Below are positions 22,901 through 37,900 of a stretch of 64,000 nt of DNA, one piece after another. The translations under genes and the position numbers were made by a program. The notes below the pieces were generated by a model. It saw only the letters and a program-made list of their open reading frames with translations, was not told where the DNA came from and made no database searches. Location: assembly GCA_030390025.1 (NCBI GenBank), contig CM059438.1, forward strand, positions 54,190,001 to 54,254,000. The letters run 5' to 3'. This DNA is from Squalus acanthias (taxonomy: Eukaryota). Numbering within the stretch: position 1 is the first letter of the stretch; each line of letters starts with the position of its first letter.

Positions 22901-25900
22901 ATCTCCTGCGCTTGCACGGGAAGGTGCCAGGGGAAGGGGTGTTGGGGGTGATAGAGGAGTGGACCAGGGTGTCGCGGAGGGAGCGGTCCCTTCGGAATGC
23001 TGAAAGGGGAGGTGAGGGGAAGATGTGTTTGGTGGTGGGATCACACTGGAGGTGGCGGAAATGGGGGAGGATGTTTGTCAATAACCTATCCCCAGAGATG
23101 GAGACAGAGAAATCGAGGAAGGGAAGGGAAGAGTCGGAGATGGACCATGTGAAGGTGAGGGAAGGGTGGAAATTGGAAGCAAAGTGAATGAAATTTTCTA
23201 GGTCAGGGCGAGAGCAGGAAACAGCACCGATAGTCATCAATGTACTGGAAAAAGAGGTGAGGGAGGGGACCTGAGTAGGACTGGAACAAAGAATGTTCCA
23301 CATATCCCACGAAAATCCAGGCGTAGCTGGGACCCATGCGGGTTTCCATAGCAACACCTGTCCCTGCTACCTTCAAATCCCTCCAGGGATCTGTGGACAT
23401 GGTCCCTCTGTTCCTCTACACTTCTCAGCATCCTACCATTTATTGTGTATTCCCTTGCTTTGTTAGCCCTCCCCAAATACATTACCTCACACTTCTCCGG
23501 ATTGAATTTCATTTGCCACTTTTCTGCCCACCTGACCAGTCCATTTTTTGTATCATCTACAAACTTCTTAATCATGCCCCCTATATTCAAGTCTAAATCA
23601 TTGATATATACCACAAAAAGCAAGGGACCCAGTACTGAGCCCTGCGGAAACCCACTGGAAACAGCCTTCCAGTCACAAAAACACCCGTCGACCATTACCC
23701 TCTGCTTCCTGTCTCCGAGCCAGTTTTGGATCCAACTTGCCACTTTGCCCTGGATCCCATGGGCTTTTACATTTCTGACCAGTCTACCATGTAAAAAGCC
23801 TTTAATGTAGTAAAACATCCTAAGGTGTTTCACAGGAGCATTATAAAACAAGATTTGGCACCGAGCCACATAAGGAGAAATTAGGGCAGTTAGGTAAGTT
23901 TTAAGGAGCGTGTTAAAAGAGGAAAGAGGCGGAGAGGTTTAGGGAGGGAATTCCAGAGATTAGGGCCTTGGCAGCTGAAGGCACGGCCACCCATGGTGGA
24001 GCGATTAAAATCAGGGATGCGCAAGAGATATCAGGGGGTTGTGAGGCTGGAGGAGATTAGAGAGATAGGGCGGGGCGAGGCCATGGAGCGATTTGAAAAC
24101 AAGGATGAGAATTTTAAGATCGAGGTGTTGCTTAATCGGGAGCCAATGTAGGTCAGCGAGCACAGGGGTGATGGGTGAACAGGACTTGGTGCGAGTTAGA
24201 TACAGTGTAAAGCTCCCTCTACACTGTCCTATCAAACACTCCCTGGGCAGGTACAGCACGGGTTAGATACAGCGTAAAGCTCCCTCTACACTGTCCCCAT
24301 CAAACACTCGCAGGACAGGTACAGCATGGGTTAGATACAGAGTAAAGCTCCCTCGACACTGTCCCATCAAACACTCCCAGGGCAGGGACAGCACTGGTTA
24401 GATACAGAGTAAAGCTCCCTCTGCACTGACCCATCAAACACTCCCAGGGCAGATACAGCACGGGTTAGATACAGAGTAAAGCTCCCTCTGCACTGACCCA
24501 TCAAACACTCCCAGGGCAGATACAGCACGGGTTAGATACAGAGTAAAGCTCCCGCTACACTGTCCTATCAAACACTCTCAGGACAGGTATGATGTGGGAT
24601 AGGTGCCAAATTAAGAGCAGATTTATGCTGTGGATTTACTCAATAGGATGTGGATTCAAACTGCTCTGCATTCTTTGGAAGCCGGATTTGGCCGAGGGAG
24701 TTTTCACCACAGTCTGGACTGGATTTGGCCCGAGATGAAAGGTCACTCTATTGAGAATGGGAGCAGTGCTTTACTAATGACGTTTGTTATAGGAATTGGA
24801 GTAGGCCAGTCAGCCTGTCCTGCCATTCAATTAAATCATGGCTGATCTGCACCTCAACTCCATTTACCCACCTTGGTTCTGTAACTCTTAAAACCCTTTT
24901 ACCAGATTTGAAATTTTCAATTGACCCCCAGCATCAACAGTTTTTTTTTGGGGGGGGGGGGGGGGGAAAGAGTTACAACCCTTTGTGTGAAGAAGTGCTT
25001 CCTGACATCACCCGTGGAGGGTCTAGCCCTTGTTCTGGGCACTCACACCAGAGGAACTTTACCCTGCTGATAAGTTATTTTCAGTGTGTCATTTACCTTC
25101 CTCGTGGAGATGGAGAACTCCTTTTCACACAGTTTGCAGCTGGTAGCGTCCCTGTCCTTCAGCCACACCAAACCCTGGAGATCAGAAACATAGTGCACAT
25201 GTTGCATGAAACCAGGCTGAAAATATCCTGCTTCTGGTGCAGGGAGAAAAATGAATAAATCTTTTAGATTAAAAAAAAAGGATCATCAGGTGGAAAACAA
25301 ACCCCTTTAGATTGTGTTCAGAAAGTGCCACCCTGCCCAGTGTGGTGATGTGTCACATCAACCAGAAGGTCCCAGCTTAAAGATCCACTCAGTGCTGGGC
25401 GAAGTTCACTCAAAGGCAGTGATACTAAAACTGGCCTCAGGCCTCTCTCGCATTAGAAGAGGGAATTTTCACTCTGATCACCACTTCGTGATGCTGCTGG
25501 GGTGTGTACATGTGTGGGCACCAGGCAAGGCAGCCTCTAGGTAGCTGGGATAGAATCATAGAAAGTTACAGCCATTTCGGCCCATCGTGTCCGCGCCGGC
25601 CAACAAACAACTATCCAGCCTAATCCCACTTCCCAGCTCTTGGTCCATAGCCCTGCAGGTTACAGCATCCCAAGTGCACATCCAAGTATTTTTTAAATGT
25701 GGTTAGGGTTTCTGCCTCTACCACCCTTTCAGGCAGTGAGTTCCAGACCCCCACAACCCTCTGGGTGAAGAAATTTCCCCTCAAATCCCCTCTAAACCTT
25801 CCCCCAATTACTTTAAATCTGTGCCCCCTGGTTTTTGACCCCTCTGCTAAGGGAAATAGGTCCTTTCTATCCACTTTATCTAGGCCCCTCATAATTTTAT

Positions 25901-28900
25901 ACACCTCAATAAGGTCTCCCCTCAGCCTCCTCTGTTCCAAGGAAAACAGACCCAGCCTATCCAGTCTTTCCTCATAGCTAAGATTCTCTACTCCCGGCAA
26001 CATCATTGTAAATCTCCTCTGTACCCTCTCTAGTGCAATCACATCTTTCATGTAATGTGGTGACCAGAACTGCACGCAGTACTCTAGCTGAGGCCTAACT
26101 AGTGTTTTATACAGTTGAAGCATAACCTCCCTGCTCTTGTATTCTATGCCACGGCTAATAAAGGCAAGCATTCAGTATGCCTTTTAGATCAAACAGGCCA
26201 GCTAACTAACTCACACAAAGAATGGCCACTTGACTGCGGTATTGGAGCAGCCACCAGGAAACTGGGGGAAAGAAATGAACTGACATCAATCCCTCGAACA
26301 TCATTTTCTGCAGTTTACTGCTTTAATCTGTACCTTTATTGCCGGACTGCTGATTAGAGAACAGTTTGATGAGAATTACCCAGCTCGTCATCAGGCCTCT
26401 CAGAGCAGTGTCAATCAATCACTTTTTGAAGTGTTATTTAGTGGCAGCCAATTTGTGTACAGCAAGATCCCACAGACAGCTAATGAGGCAAATGGCTTAA
26501 TCTGATTTGGTTGAGGGAGGAATGCTGGCCAGGACACCGGGAGGACTCCCTGCTCAGTGTAATGGGGCTTTTCTGTCCACTTGAACCAATCCAACAAGCA
26601 GACGGGGCCTCGGGTTAACGTTTCATCTGAAGGATGGCACCTCAGATAGTGCAGCATTCCCTCAGTACTGCACTGGAGTGTCAGCCTAGATTATCGGCTG
26701 AAATCTATAGTGGGGCTTGAAACCACAATGTCTGATGCAGAGGCGAGAGAGAAACACGGAGTCAAGCTCGGGACGCAGTCCGTTCGTCAATTACCTGGAT
26801 TATACGATGGGAGAAGAGTTTCCCTGCTCGTGGCCAGTCCCCAGCTCAGAGTTACAAGGGCAGCAGTCAGTTCCAGCAGGGTTGAGGGGACGGGGGGGAT
26901 ACAGAGCCTGATGTGACCGTCGGAGGGGGGGGGGGCAGAGCCAGATGTGACTATTGCAGGGGGGGGGGGGGGGGGGAGGGCAGAGCCAGATGTGACTATT
27001 GCGAGGGGGGGGGGGGGGCAGAGCCAGATGTGACTATTGCGAGGGGGGGGGGGGCAGAGCCAGATGTGACTATTGGGGGGTGGGGGGGGGCAGAGCCTGA
27101 TGTGACCGTCGGAGGGGGGTGGGGGAGCCAGATGTGACTATTGCGGGGGGGGGAAGGGTGGTGTTGCTGGTCAGAGAGAGAGGTGGTCAGCAAGGGTTGG
27201 GGGGGGGGGGGAAGAGAGGGTTGGAAGTTGGAAGACCCAAAAAACCTTCAGTTATGGGGAATGTCCGAGCACAACAGTCGTTTGGGGGTTAAGGGCCGGT
27301 TAGCAGAGCGCTCCTCCATAATGGGCTGTGTAAGGATGGTGAACAAAGTCCTTCAAACAGAGTTCCATATTGGTCCAGTGCCGAGAAATCCAAAACAGGT
27401 GAAACCCAAGGCCAAGAGGAGATTTTTCCACATTCCTGCACTGCCACTCAGTACAATTATAACAGAGCTGTGTGCTGCTAATACAGATACTGACTGACTA
27501 GAGGGAGAATACACAGTGTTGGGTTTGGAGCTAATGTGGCAGTTCTTTTAATTAATTATGCCAATCACCGCGCCACCTACAGATATAACAGATACTGCAG
27601 GTAACGGACACGTTTTACATAGGATTACATATACAGCACAGAAACAGGCCATTCGGCCCAACTACTCCATGCCGGCGTTTATGCTCCACTCGAGCCTCCT
27701 TCAGTCTTTCCTATCTAACTATCAGCATAACCCTCTATTCACTTCTCCCTCATATGCTTATCTAACCGTCCCTAAAGTATTCGCTTCAACCACTCCCTCT
27801 GGTAGCAAGTTCCACATTCTCACCACTCTTTGGGTAAAGAAGTTCTGAATTCCCTATTGGATTTCTTGGTGACTATCTTATATTGATGGCCTCTAGTTTT
27901 GCTCTTCCCCACAAGTGGAAACACTCTCTCTGTATCCACTCTATCAAAACCTTCCATGATTTTATAGACCTCTATTAGGTCACCCCTCAGCCTTCTCTGT
28001 TCAAGAGAAAAGAAACCCAGCCTATTCATCCTTTCCTGATAGATATAACCTCACACTTCTGGTATCATCCTTGTAAATCTTTTTTGCATCCTCTGCAGTG
28101 CCTCTATATCCCTTTTATAATATGGTGACCAGAACTGTGCACTTTTAAAAAGGGTTTTAAATTTTGGGAGCTTTCAGATGGAATCTTGAGACCCACTCAG
28201 CAATTTGACTATTTAATAAAGGTACCTTTACCTCTGTGTTTAGTTTTTTTTAATCACTTGATACTTTATAAGCTGAGCATACACAGTACGCGAATACGAT
28301 AATATGCAACGTGTATGAGTTGGAGGGAGGTACCTGGTATTAAGCAGTATGGGGAGCTGTTTGTACTGAGAGAAATCTCTGGGCTCTAGCAGCACTGGGG
28401 CAAGGGGGAATAGTCCTAAGGTTTGGGAAACTGGATGAGGGTCCGACAGTGGACAGCATGGGGCGGCAGGGGGGGAGAACAGAGATTTGTCAGACCTGTG
28501 GGGGTGGAATATGGGGTTTGGCTGCCTGGAGGATTCCTGGAGTTTGTAGGCAATGAGGGGCGGATGGGGAATGTGCCCGAAGACACTGGGAGTTTCTATA
28601 GGAGATCTCTGAATTCAGTGATCACTCTCTCACTGTGCTTACTAATTAGAACGTGACAGCAAAACATTGATGCTAATCTCAGAGCTTTTCACCTGAAAAA
28701 CACTCAAAGTTCAAATCATTTATTAACTCCTTCTTCCTGTCTCTCAGATGAACACATTTTCTGTAGTTAAAAAGTTGAGAATCTTAATTAAATTCATCGT
28801 CCAGTTTATATTAAAATTATTATTTGAATATAAATAATATGTATTATAATATGATGATAATAGTTCAATCTAGAATTTGAACTGGATCAAGTGTGTAACC

Positions 28901-31900
28901 AGTAGTGTCATATTCAAGCTGGATCTCTTTTTCTGCACTCCCTCACACACTCAAACCATCTCTAATGTTTTAAACAAACAATGAATATAAACCTTATCTG
29001 AATAAAGACCTTGAAATTTGTCCTCAAGCTTTCCTACAAATAATTTTGAAAAATGGCCCAGTAAGTACTGTTTGAGGCTGAAAAGAACCTTTTCCTCTGG
29101 TGGGTGGAGTCCAGAACAAGGGGGCATAACCTTAAAATTAGAGCCAGGCCGTTCAGGGGTGATGTCAGAAAACACTTCTTCACACAAAGGGTGGTGGAAA
29201 TCTGGAACTCTCTCCCCAAAAAGCTGTTGAGGCTGGGGGGCGGGTCAATTGAAAATGTCAAAACTGACATTGATAGATTTTTGCTGGGTAAGGGGATGGA
29301 TGGAGTTAAGATACAGATCAGCCATGATCTAATTGTATAGCGGACCAGGCTCGAGGTGCTGAATGTTCCTATGGTCCTAGGTCTAATACAACAACAACAA
29401 TAAATGGGCAACATGAAGAGGCCAGTCGGGCTATGAGGAGAGAGCAGGGCAGTGAGGTTCGTTTTGGATTGGTCTAGTAAAGAGCCAGCACACACCCCAT
29501 AGGCTGAATGGCCTTTCTGTGCTGTAAATTTCTATGGCTCTATATAATAAAATGTGCATATGGTGTACACTTCAGCAAAGTGTCGCAATCACTTCCCTGT
29601 CACACTTTAGTGACTGGCCCCATCAAAACAACAAATCAGAACTGGAGGGAGGGAATAAACAAACTGAGGAAAGCCACTGTAAAACTGCCAATCAGAACCA
29701 AAGGCTTATAAAAACAATCCTCAATGACCAATTTTTTAAAAAGTGAATCAATCGAATGACTCAAAATGCTTGTATTTTTTAATTTAAAAAATTCCATCTG
29801 CCATTTTTTCCTCAATAATTGAAATTCCTAATGTCCAAAATAAAATTTGAAGCAAAAAAAATAGAAAATGCATACAAACATAAAAATGCATGATATTTTA
29901 GCCCAGACCTTTGACTCTTTTATGTGAAGGCAGATCTTTGCAATCTGAAGGCATGGCATCCAATGGTGGTGCAATTAAAATCAGGGATGCGCAAGAGGCC
30001 AGAATTGGAGGAGCGCAGATATCGCGGAGGTTAGAGAGATAGGGAGGGGCGAGGCCATGGAGGGATTTGAAAACAAGGATGAGAATTTTAAATCTGAGAC
30101 GTTGCCGGACCGGGAGCCAATGTAGGTCAGCGAGCACAGGGGCGATGGGTGAACGGGACTTGGTGCGAGTTAGGACACGGGCAGTAGAGATTTGGATGAG
30201 CTCAAGTTTATGAAAGGTGGAAGATGGGAGGCCAGCCAGGAGAGAGTTGAAATAGTCAAGGCTAGAAGTAACAAAGGCATGAATGATAGGTTTCAGCAAC
30301 AGATGAGCTCAGGCAGGGGCGGAATCGGGTGATGTTACGGAGGTGGAAGTAGGCAGTCTTGGTGATGTAGCGGATGTGTGGTCGGAAGCTCATCTCGGGG
30401 TCAAACACGACACCAAGGTTCAGCTTCAGAGAGTTGCCAGGGAGAGGGATGGTGCCAATGACTAGGGAACGAAGTTTGTGGTGGGGACTGAAGACAATGG
30501 CTTTGGTCTTTCCAATATTTAATTGGAGGAAATTTCAGGATGTCGGATAAGCAGTCTGACAAATCAGAGGCAGCGGCAGGTTCGAGAGAGATGGTGATGA
30601 GGTGGAGCTGGGTGTCGTCACCATACATGTAGAACCTGACGCTGTGTTTTTGGATGATGTCACCGAGGGGCAGCATGTCGGGGGCTGAGGATAGATCCTT
30701 GGGGGACACCAGAAGTAATGCTGTGGGAGTGGGAAGAGAAGCTATTGCAGGTGATTCTCTGACTGCCATGGGATAGATAAGAATAGAACCAGGCGAGGGC
30801 AGTCCCACCCAGCTGGACGACAGAGGAGAGGCGTTGGAGAAGGATGGTGTGGTCAACCGTGTCAAAGACAGGTCGAGAAGGACGAGGTTTAGTTTACCAC
30901 AGTCCCAGTCACATAGGATGTCATTTGTGACTTTGATAAGAACCATTTCAGTACTGTGGCAGGGGCTGTGAAGACCAATACAAAGTAGCTATTTAGCAAG
31001 TCTGCCATTTCCTGATTTCCAATTACAATTATCACCTGTGTCTGTCATTAAGGGGCTCACATTACTCTTAGCCACCCTTTTTCTCTTAATATATTTGTAA
31101 AAACCTTTAGTGTTGGCCTTGATATCCTTCACAAGCTTTTACTCGTCATCCTTTTTTGCTGATCTTTCCAATTTCTTTGTATCCCTTTGCTGTTCTTTAT
31201 ATCTCTCCCAGTCCACGGGATCGCTACTGTTCTTTGCCTCTGAATAAGCCTTTTCTTTTAGTTTTATACTATCTCTCTCTCTCCGAGTAGAGCTCTTGCC
31301 CTTTAGGGGTATGTACAGGTCTTGTATTCTACCAAATACTTTTTTGAACAGCGCCCACAGTTCATCCGTAGTTTTATCCGTTAATAGTTCTGCCCAGGCT
31401 ACTGTGGTCAATTTCTGCCTCATCCCTCCAAAGTCAGCCTTGAAATTTAAACCTGGGTTCGTGACTCACCTTTCTCCCTCTCAAACCTAATATCGAATTC
31501 AATCATATTATGGTCACTGTTCCCTTTCCGTTAGTTTATTGACTAATTCAGGCTCATTACTCATCACTAAATCTAAGATGGCCTCTTCTCTTGTTGGTTC
31601 AAGAACATATTGTTCCAGAAAACTGTCCCGAATACACTCAAGAAACTCGCTGCCTTTGGGACTCGAGCAGTTCTGATTTCCCAGTCAATGTGAAAATCAA
31701 AGTCTCTCATTAACATCACACTGTTTTTGCAGTAAGTTTCTCTGATCTCCGTGTTTATGTATCCCGCTACTCTATCACTGCTATCTGGAGCTCCCACCAA
31801 AGTCTTGCATCTTTTTCTATTCCTCAATTCTACCCATAGTCACAGAGTTATACAGCACGGATAGAGGCCCTTCGGCCCATCGTGTCCGCGCCGGCCATCA

Positions 31901-34900
31901 AGCCCTGTCTATTCTAATCCCATTTTCCAGCACTTGGTCCGTAGCCTTGTATGCTGTGGCGTTTCAAGTGCTCATCTAAATGCTTCTTGAATGTTGTGAG
32001 GGTTCCTGCCTCTACCACCCTTTCAGGCAGTGAGTTCCAGATTCCAACCACCCTCTGGGTGAAAAAGTTTTTCCTCAAATCCCCTCTAAACCTCCTGCCC
32101 CTTACCTTGAAACTATGCCCCCTGGTTATTGACCCCTCTACTAAGGGGAAAAGTTCCTTTCTATCTACCCTATCTATGCCCCTCATAATTTTGTACACCT
32201 CAATCAGGTCCCCCCTCAGCCTTCTCTGCTCTAAGGAAAACAACCCCAGCCTGTCCAGTCTCTCTTCATAGCTGAAGCGCTGCAGCCTACGTAACATCCT
32301 GGTGAATCTCCTCTGCACCCTCTCCAATGCAATCACATCCTTCCTATAGTGTGGTGACCAGAACTGCACACAGTATTCCAGCTGTGGCCTAACTAGTGTT
32401 TTGTACAGCTCCATCATAACCTTCCTGCTCTTATATTCTATGCCTCAGCTAATGAAGGCAAGTATCCCATATGCCTTCTTAACCACCTTATCTACCTGTC
32501 CTACTGCCTTCAGGGATCTATGCACATGCACACCAAGGTCCCTCTGATCCTTCCTAGGGTCCTACCATTCATTGTGTATTGCCTTGCCTTGTTAGTCCTC
32601 CCAAAATGCATCACCTCACACTTTTCAGGGTTAAATTCCATTTGCCACTGTTCTGCTCATCTGACCAACCCGTCTATATCATCCTGTAGCCTGAGGCTTC
32701 CCTCCTTGCTATTTACCACCCCACCAATTTGTGTGTCATCTGCGAACTTACTGATCATACCTCCTACATTCATATCTAAATCATTAATGTACACTACAAA
32801 CAGCAAAGGACCCAGCACCGATCCCTGTGGTACACCACTGGACACAGGCTTCCAGTCACAAAAACAACCTTCGACCATCACCCTCTGCCTCCTGCCACTA
32901 AGCCAATTTTGGATCCAATGTGCCAAATTGCCCTGGATCCCATGGGCTCTTACAGTGTTTCTACTGCCTGCTCACCCTTACTAATAGCCCTCTTTCTAAT
33001 GCTGTAATAGTGTCCCTTATAAATGTTGCTACTCTCCCTCCTTTTCCATTTTCCCTGTCCTTTCTAAAGACCTTGTAACCTGAAATATTTATCTCCCAGT
33101 CATGGCCAGCTTGTAGCCAGGTCTCAGTGATGGCCCCTGCGTCATACCCTTTGTGCTTCTAATTCACTTGTCTTATTCCTTATGCTACATGCATTGGTGT
33201 ACAGAACTCTTACTTGGACAATAGACCCTGTCCTGTCTTTATGCCCTCGTGTTTTTAAGCACACATTTTAACTTAGCGCATTCTTTGCTTTTTATCATTT
33301 CTGTTGTATTTTAATCAGTTATTTTGTTATTACTTCCTGTATTTTTTTCTGAACCTGAAGTAGTTATATCATTCTATTGATGACCTCATTTCCCTTTTCA
33401 CCTCCCCAACACACTTTTGATATTACTCATTTTTCTTTAGTATTGTTAACTCTAACGTTATCCTCTGCTTCCCTTTCAAGATTCGGATTAGTTTCAATCT
33501 CTAGTTTTCTATAGAATGCTATTTTTTGCTGCACCCCTTCTTGCTTCAGACTGAGGAATGTCTCAGAGTGTTATACTCTGTCCATCTCATGTCTGAAGAT
33601 TTACCACTGCTGCTCTATCGACCAGTTTGCTAACTCTTCTAACTCAGTTAATTTGTCCCCATTCTATGTTCTATGTTCTATGTTCTATCCCTTCTTATCT
33701 CGCTGAACTTGACTTCCTTCCACTGAAGTCCCACATCCCTGGTACCATTCCAGTAAATCTCCTCTGCACCCGCTCCAAGGCCTTGACAGCCTTCCTAAAG
33801 TCTGGTGCCCAGAATTGGTCATAATACCCCAGCTGAGGCCTAACCAGTGATTTATTTAACCAGTTTTTAGCATAACTTCCTTGCTTTTGTATTTTATGCC
33901 TCTATTTCCCGTATTTTTCAAATCCCCCCCCCCCCCATAGCCTCACCCCTCCCCATCTCTGTAACCTCCTCCAGCCCTACAACCCTCTGAGATCTCTGCG
34001 CTCCTCCAATTCTGATTTCTTGTATATCCCTGATTTTAATCACCCCACCACTGTCATCCATACATTCAGCTGCCTAGACCCTAAGCTCTGGAACTCCCCC
34101 CCAGAACCTCTCCACCTCACTACTTCTCTCTCCTCCTTTAAGGCGCTCCCTCCTTACCTCTTTGACCAAGCTTTTGGTCACCTGTCCTAATAGAAACATA
34201 GAAACATAGAATCTAGGAGCAGGAGTAGGCCATTCGGCCCGTCGAGCCTGCTCCACCATTCAATACGATCATGGCTGATCATCCAAATCCAGTACCCTGT
34301 CCCCTGCTTTAATCCCCACAGTACACATATCCCACCCTACCCCCGTAACCCCACGTATTTAATTCCCCCGAACATATCCCATCCTATCCCCATAACCCCA
34401 CATATTTAATCCCCCCCTAACACTAAGGGTCAATTTATCATAGCCAAATCAACCTAACCCGCACATTTTTGGACTGTGGGAGGAAACCGGAGCACCCGGA
34501 GGAAACCCACACAGACACGGGGAGAATGTGCAAAATGTCTCTTTTTTGTTTGATAACGCTCCTGTGAAGCACCTTGAACATTTTACTACATTAAAGGTGC
34601 TATATAAATGCAAATTGTTGTTGTTCTTGTATGATTTTTTAACAGTCTTATCAACCTGTCCTGCCACCTTCAAGGATCTGTGTACATACACCCCCAGGTC
34701 TCTCAGCTCCAGCACCCCCTTTAAAATTGCACCATTTAGTTTTTATTGCCTCTCCTCATTCTTCGTACCAAAATGCATCACTTCACACTTCTCTACACTA
34801 AATTCCATCTGCCATGTGTCTGCCCATTTCACCAGTCCATGTTCTCCTGAAGTCTGTTACTATCCTCCTCACTGTTCACTACATTTCAGAGTTTTGTGTC

Positions 34901-37900
34901 TTCTGCAAACTTTGAAATGATGTCCTGTATACCCGAGTCCAGGTCATTAATATATATCAAAAAGAGCAGTGTTCCTAATACCGACCCCTGGGGGGCACCA
35001 CTGCACATTTCCCTCGTGTCTGAAAAACAACCGTTCACCACGACTCTGCTTTCTGTCCCTTAGTCAATTTCATATCCACATTGCCACTGTCCCATTAATC
35101 CCATGGGCTTCAATTTTGCTAACAAGTCTATTATGTGGTACTTTGTCAATGCCTTTTGAAAGTCCATATACACAACAAAGATTCCCTGATGACAATTAAA
35201 TGGTTTATTGTCCGATGCCACGTGACCAATTTAGCCAAGAGACTGTTGGGAGCAGTTTCACCCTGAAAATATTAACTCGGTTTTGATGATGAACTGCTCA
35301 ATATTTCACAGGCAGTGCACACCAGTGATTAACAGCACCTACCATTTCTTTTGCTGGTATTTAGAAAACAAAACAAAGATTGTTTTATCGAGAATACTGT
35401 AGTTCAATTTGCTTTCCCAAGTGATTTAAACTTAGCTGGAAGATAACTCTGAATGACTAGACTTCTCCCAATTGGCTGCTCTCCATGTCAGTCACAGCAG
35501 GTTCCTCCCCCTCTTGGCCCCAAAATCAGTTCGAAACTCTTTCTTCACAAAGACATTCTGGGGATTAAAAGTATTAAAACATGGAAATAAACTTTGAAGT
35601 GTTTTATGAGGGAAGATTTGTTGACTAAAGACGGGGTAAGTTGGTAAAATCACTGATAGAGCAAGCAGTGGTATATGGCGGGGATTGTGAACAGGATGTG
35701 GCTGGCGATGGGAGAGGTGTCCGACTGTCCTGAAAGGGCCAGCAATGGATCAGGGAAGGCTGACGGGCAGGAACGTGGAGCTGGGGGGGGGGGGGGGGGG
35801 GGAGGGGTGCAGTTTCTAATAGAGGCCGTCAGTTTATTCCAGGTTTCCTCAGCCTCCCAATACTGCTAGACTCAGGCCCCCTCAATGCTCCAGCACTCTC
35901 GCTGCTCCTAGACTGTCCCAGTGCTTCAAAACTCCTTTATCACACTCCTAACAACTTGCATTGATGTAGCACCTGGAATGGAGGAAAATGAAATGCCAGT
36001 ACTGGCCACGATGCTCCCAGGGCCCTTTGCCGGTGATCCCGGGGCCCTTTGCCGGTGATCCCGGGACCCTTTGCCGGTGATCCCGGGGCCCTTTGCCGGT
36101 GATCCCGGGGCCCTTTGCCGGTGATCACGGGGCCCTTTGCCGGTGATCCCGGGGCCCTTTGCCGGTGATCCCGGGGCCCTTTGCCGGTGATCACAGGGCC
36201 CTTTCCAAACAGTGATAAATCAAGGCCTCTTAACACAACTCGTAATAACACCCCTGTTCTAACAAAACCTCCAGCTCACTGAGTAACCCCACAGGACATC
36301 AGTTAATACAAGAATACCAACACTTTGTTGAAATGTGCAGACCCCACACTAAAATGCAGATGCAAAACAATTTTCAGAAAGGAATAAAAGCCAGTAACTG
36401 AATGCTGGCCACTTCTGCCCCGCCCGCAGTCTGAAACAAACATGCATTTGACAATTTGTAAACTTTCTTGAGCCTGTGCTTACTTAGCAACAATGACAAT
36501 TTGGGTTCTTAAAGGGACACTCTGCCTTAGCAGAGTAATGATGTGGAGATGCCGGTGTTGGACTGGGGTGGACAAATGTGAGAAGTCGCACAACACCAGG
36601 TGATAGTCCAACAGTTTTATTTGAAATCACAAGTTTTCGGAGCGCTGCTCCTTCGTCAGGTGAAGTGAAGAGATGCATATAGTCACAGCATATATAGTCA
36701 GAGAACACTGCCAGATGATTACAGTTAATCTTTCCAACTGCCCTTTATCACACCTCGGCAGAGAGACAATCACAGCAATCAAAGGTGTGGATGGTGTCCA
36801 AACAGGTCAGTCAGGAAAACATTACATCAAAGACAATGAGGTGGGGTCACAAGGGGTCAAATGTGGCAGATGCTGGGGTCTGTATGGAAAACAAAAAACT
36901 TTTTTGCTGGAAATCACAGCAGGTCCTGCCGCATCTGTGTAGAGAGAACAAGCCAACGACGACTCGAGTCTGGATGACTCTACGTCAGGTGGGGTTACAT
37001 GTAGCGTGACATGAACCCAAGATCCCGGTTGAGGCCGTCCTCATGGGTGCGGAACTTGGCTATCAGTTTCTGCTCGACGATTTTGCGTTGTCGTGTGTCT
37101 CGAAGGCCGCCTTGGAGAACGCTTACCCGCAGATCGGAGGCTGAATGTCCTTGACTGCTGAAGTGTTCCCCGACTGGGAGGGAACACTCCTGCCTGGCGA
37201 TTGTTGCGCGGTGTCCGTTCATACGTTGTCGCAGTGTCTGCATGGTCTTCGCCGATGTACCATGCATCCTTTCCTGCAACGTATGAGGTAGACAACGTTG
37301 GCCGAGTTACATGAGTATGTACCATGTACCTGGTGGGTAGTGTCCTCACGTGTGATGATGGTATCTGTGTTGATGATCTGGCATGTCTTGCAGAGGTTGC
37401 CGTGGCAGGGTTGTGTGGTGTCGTGGTCGCTGTTCTCCTGAAAGCTGGGTAATTTGCTGCGAACAATGGTCTGTTTGAGGTTAGGCGGCTGTTTGAAGGC
37501 GAGTAATGGGGGCGTGGGGATGGCCTTAGCGAGGTGTTCGTCGTCATCGATGACATGTTGAAGGCTGCGAAGAACATGGCGTAGTTTCTCCGCTCCGGGG
37601 AAGTACTGGACGACGTAGAGTACTCTGTTGGTTGTGTCCTGTGTTTGTCTTCTGAGGAGGTCTATGCGATTTTTCGCTGTGGCCCGTCGGAACTGTCGAT
37701 CAACGAGTCGAGCGTCATATCCCGTTCTTACAAGGGCGTCTTTCAGCGTCTGTAGGTGTCCATCGCGTTCCTCCTCGTCTGAACAGATCCTGTGTATTCG
37801 CAGGGCTTGTCCATAGGGGATGGCTTCTTTAACGTGGTTAGGGTGGAAGCTGGAGAAGTGGAGCATCGTGAGGTTGTCCGTGGGCTTGCGGTAGAGTGAA

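Larger units (their letters stand above)
21500..23790 (-). mobile_element. CR1 LINE 3' fragment (21500-22130 and 23356-23790) split by a Penelope insertion
   Basis: [32 protein letters not shown]; the two pieces are colinear across the insertion. Confidence 0.8.

Noticed and set aside
24196..24590. CRISPR-like regular repeats (also 61620-62810)
   Set aside because: Head-to-tail units with no unique spacers, no cas genes, eukaryotic context
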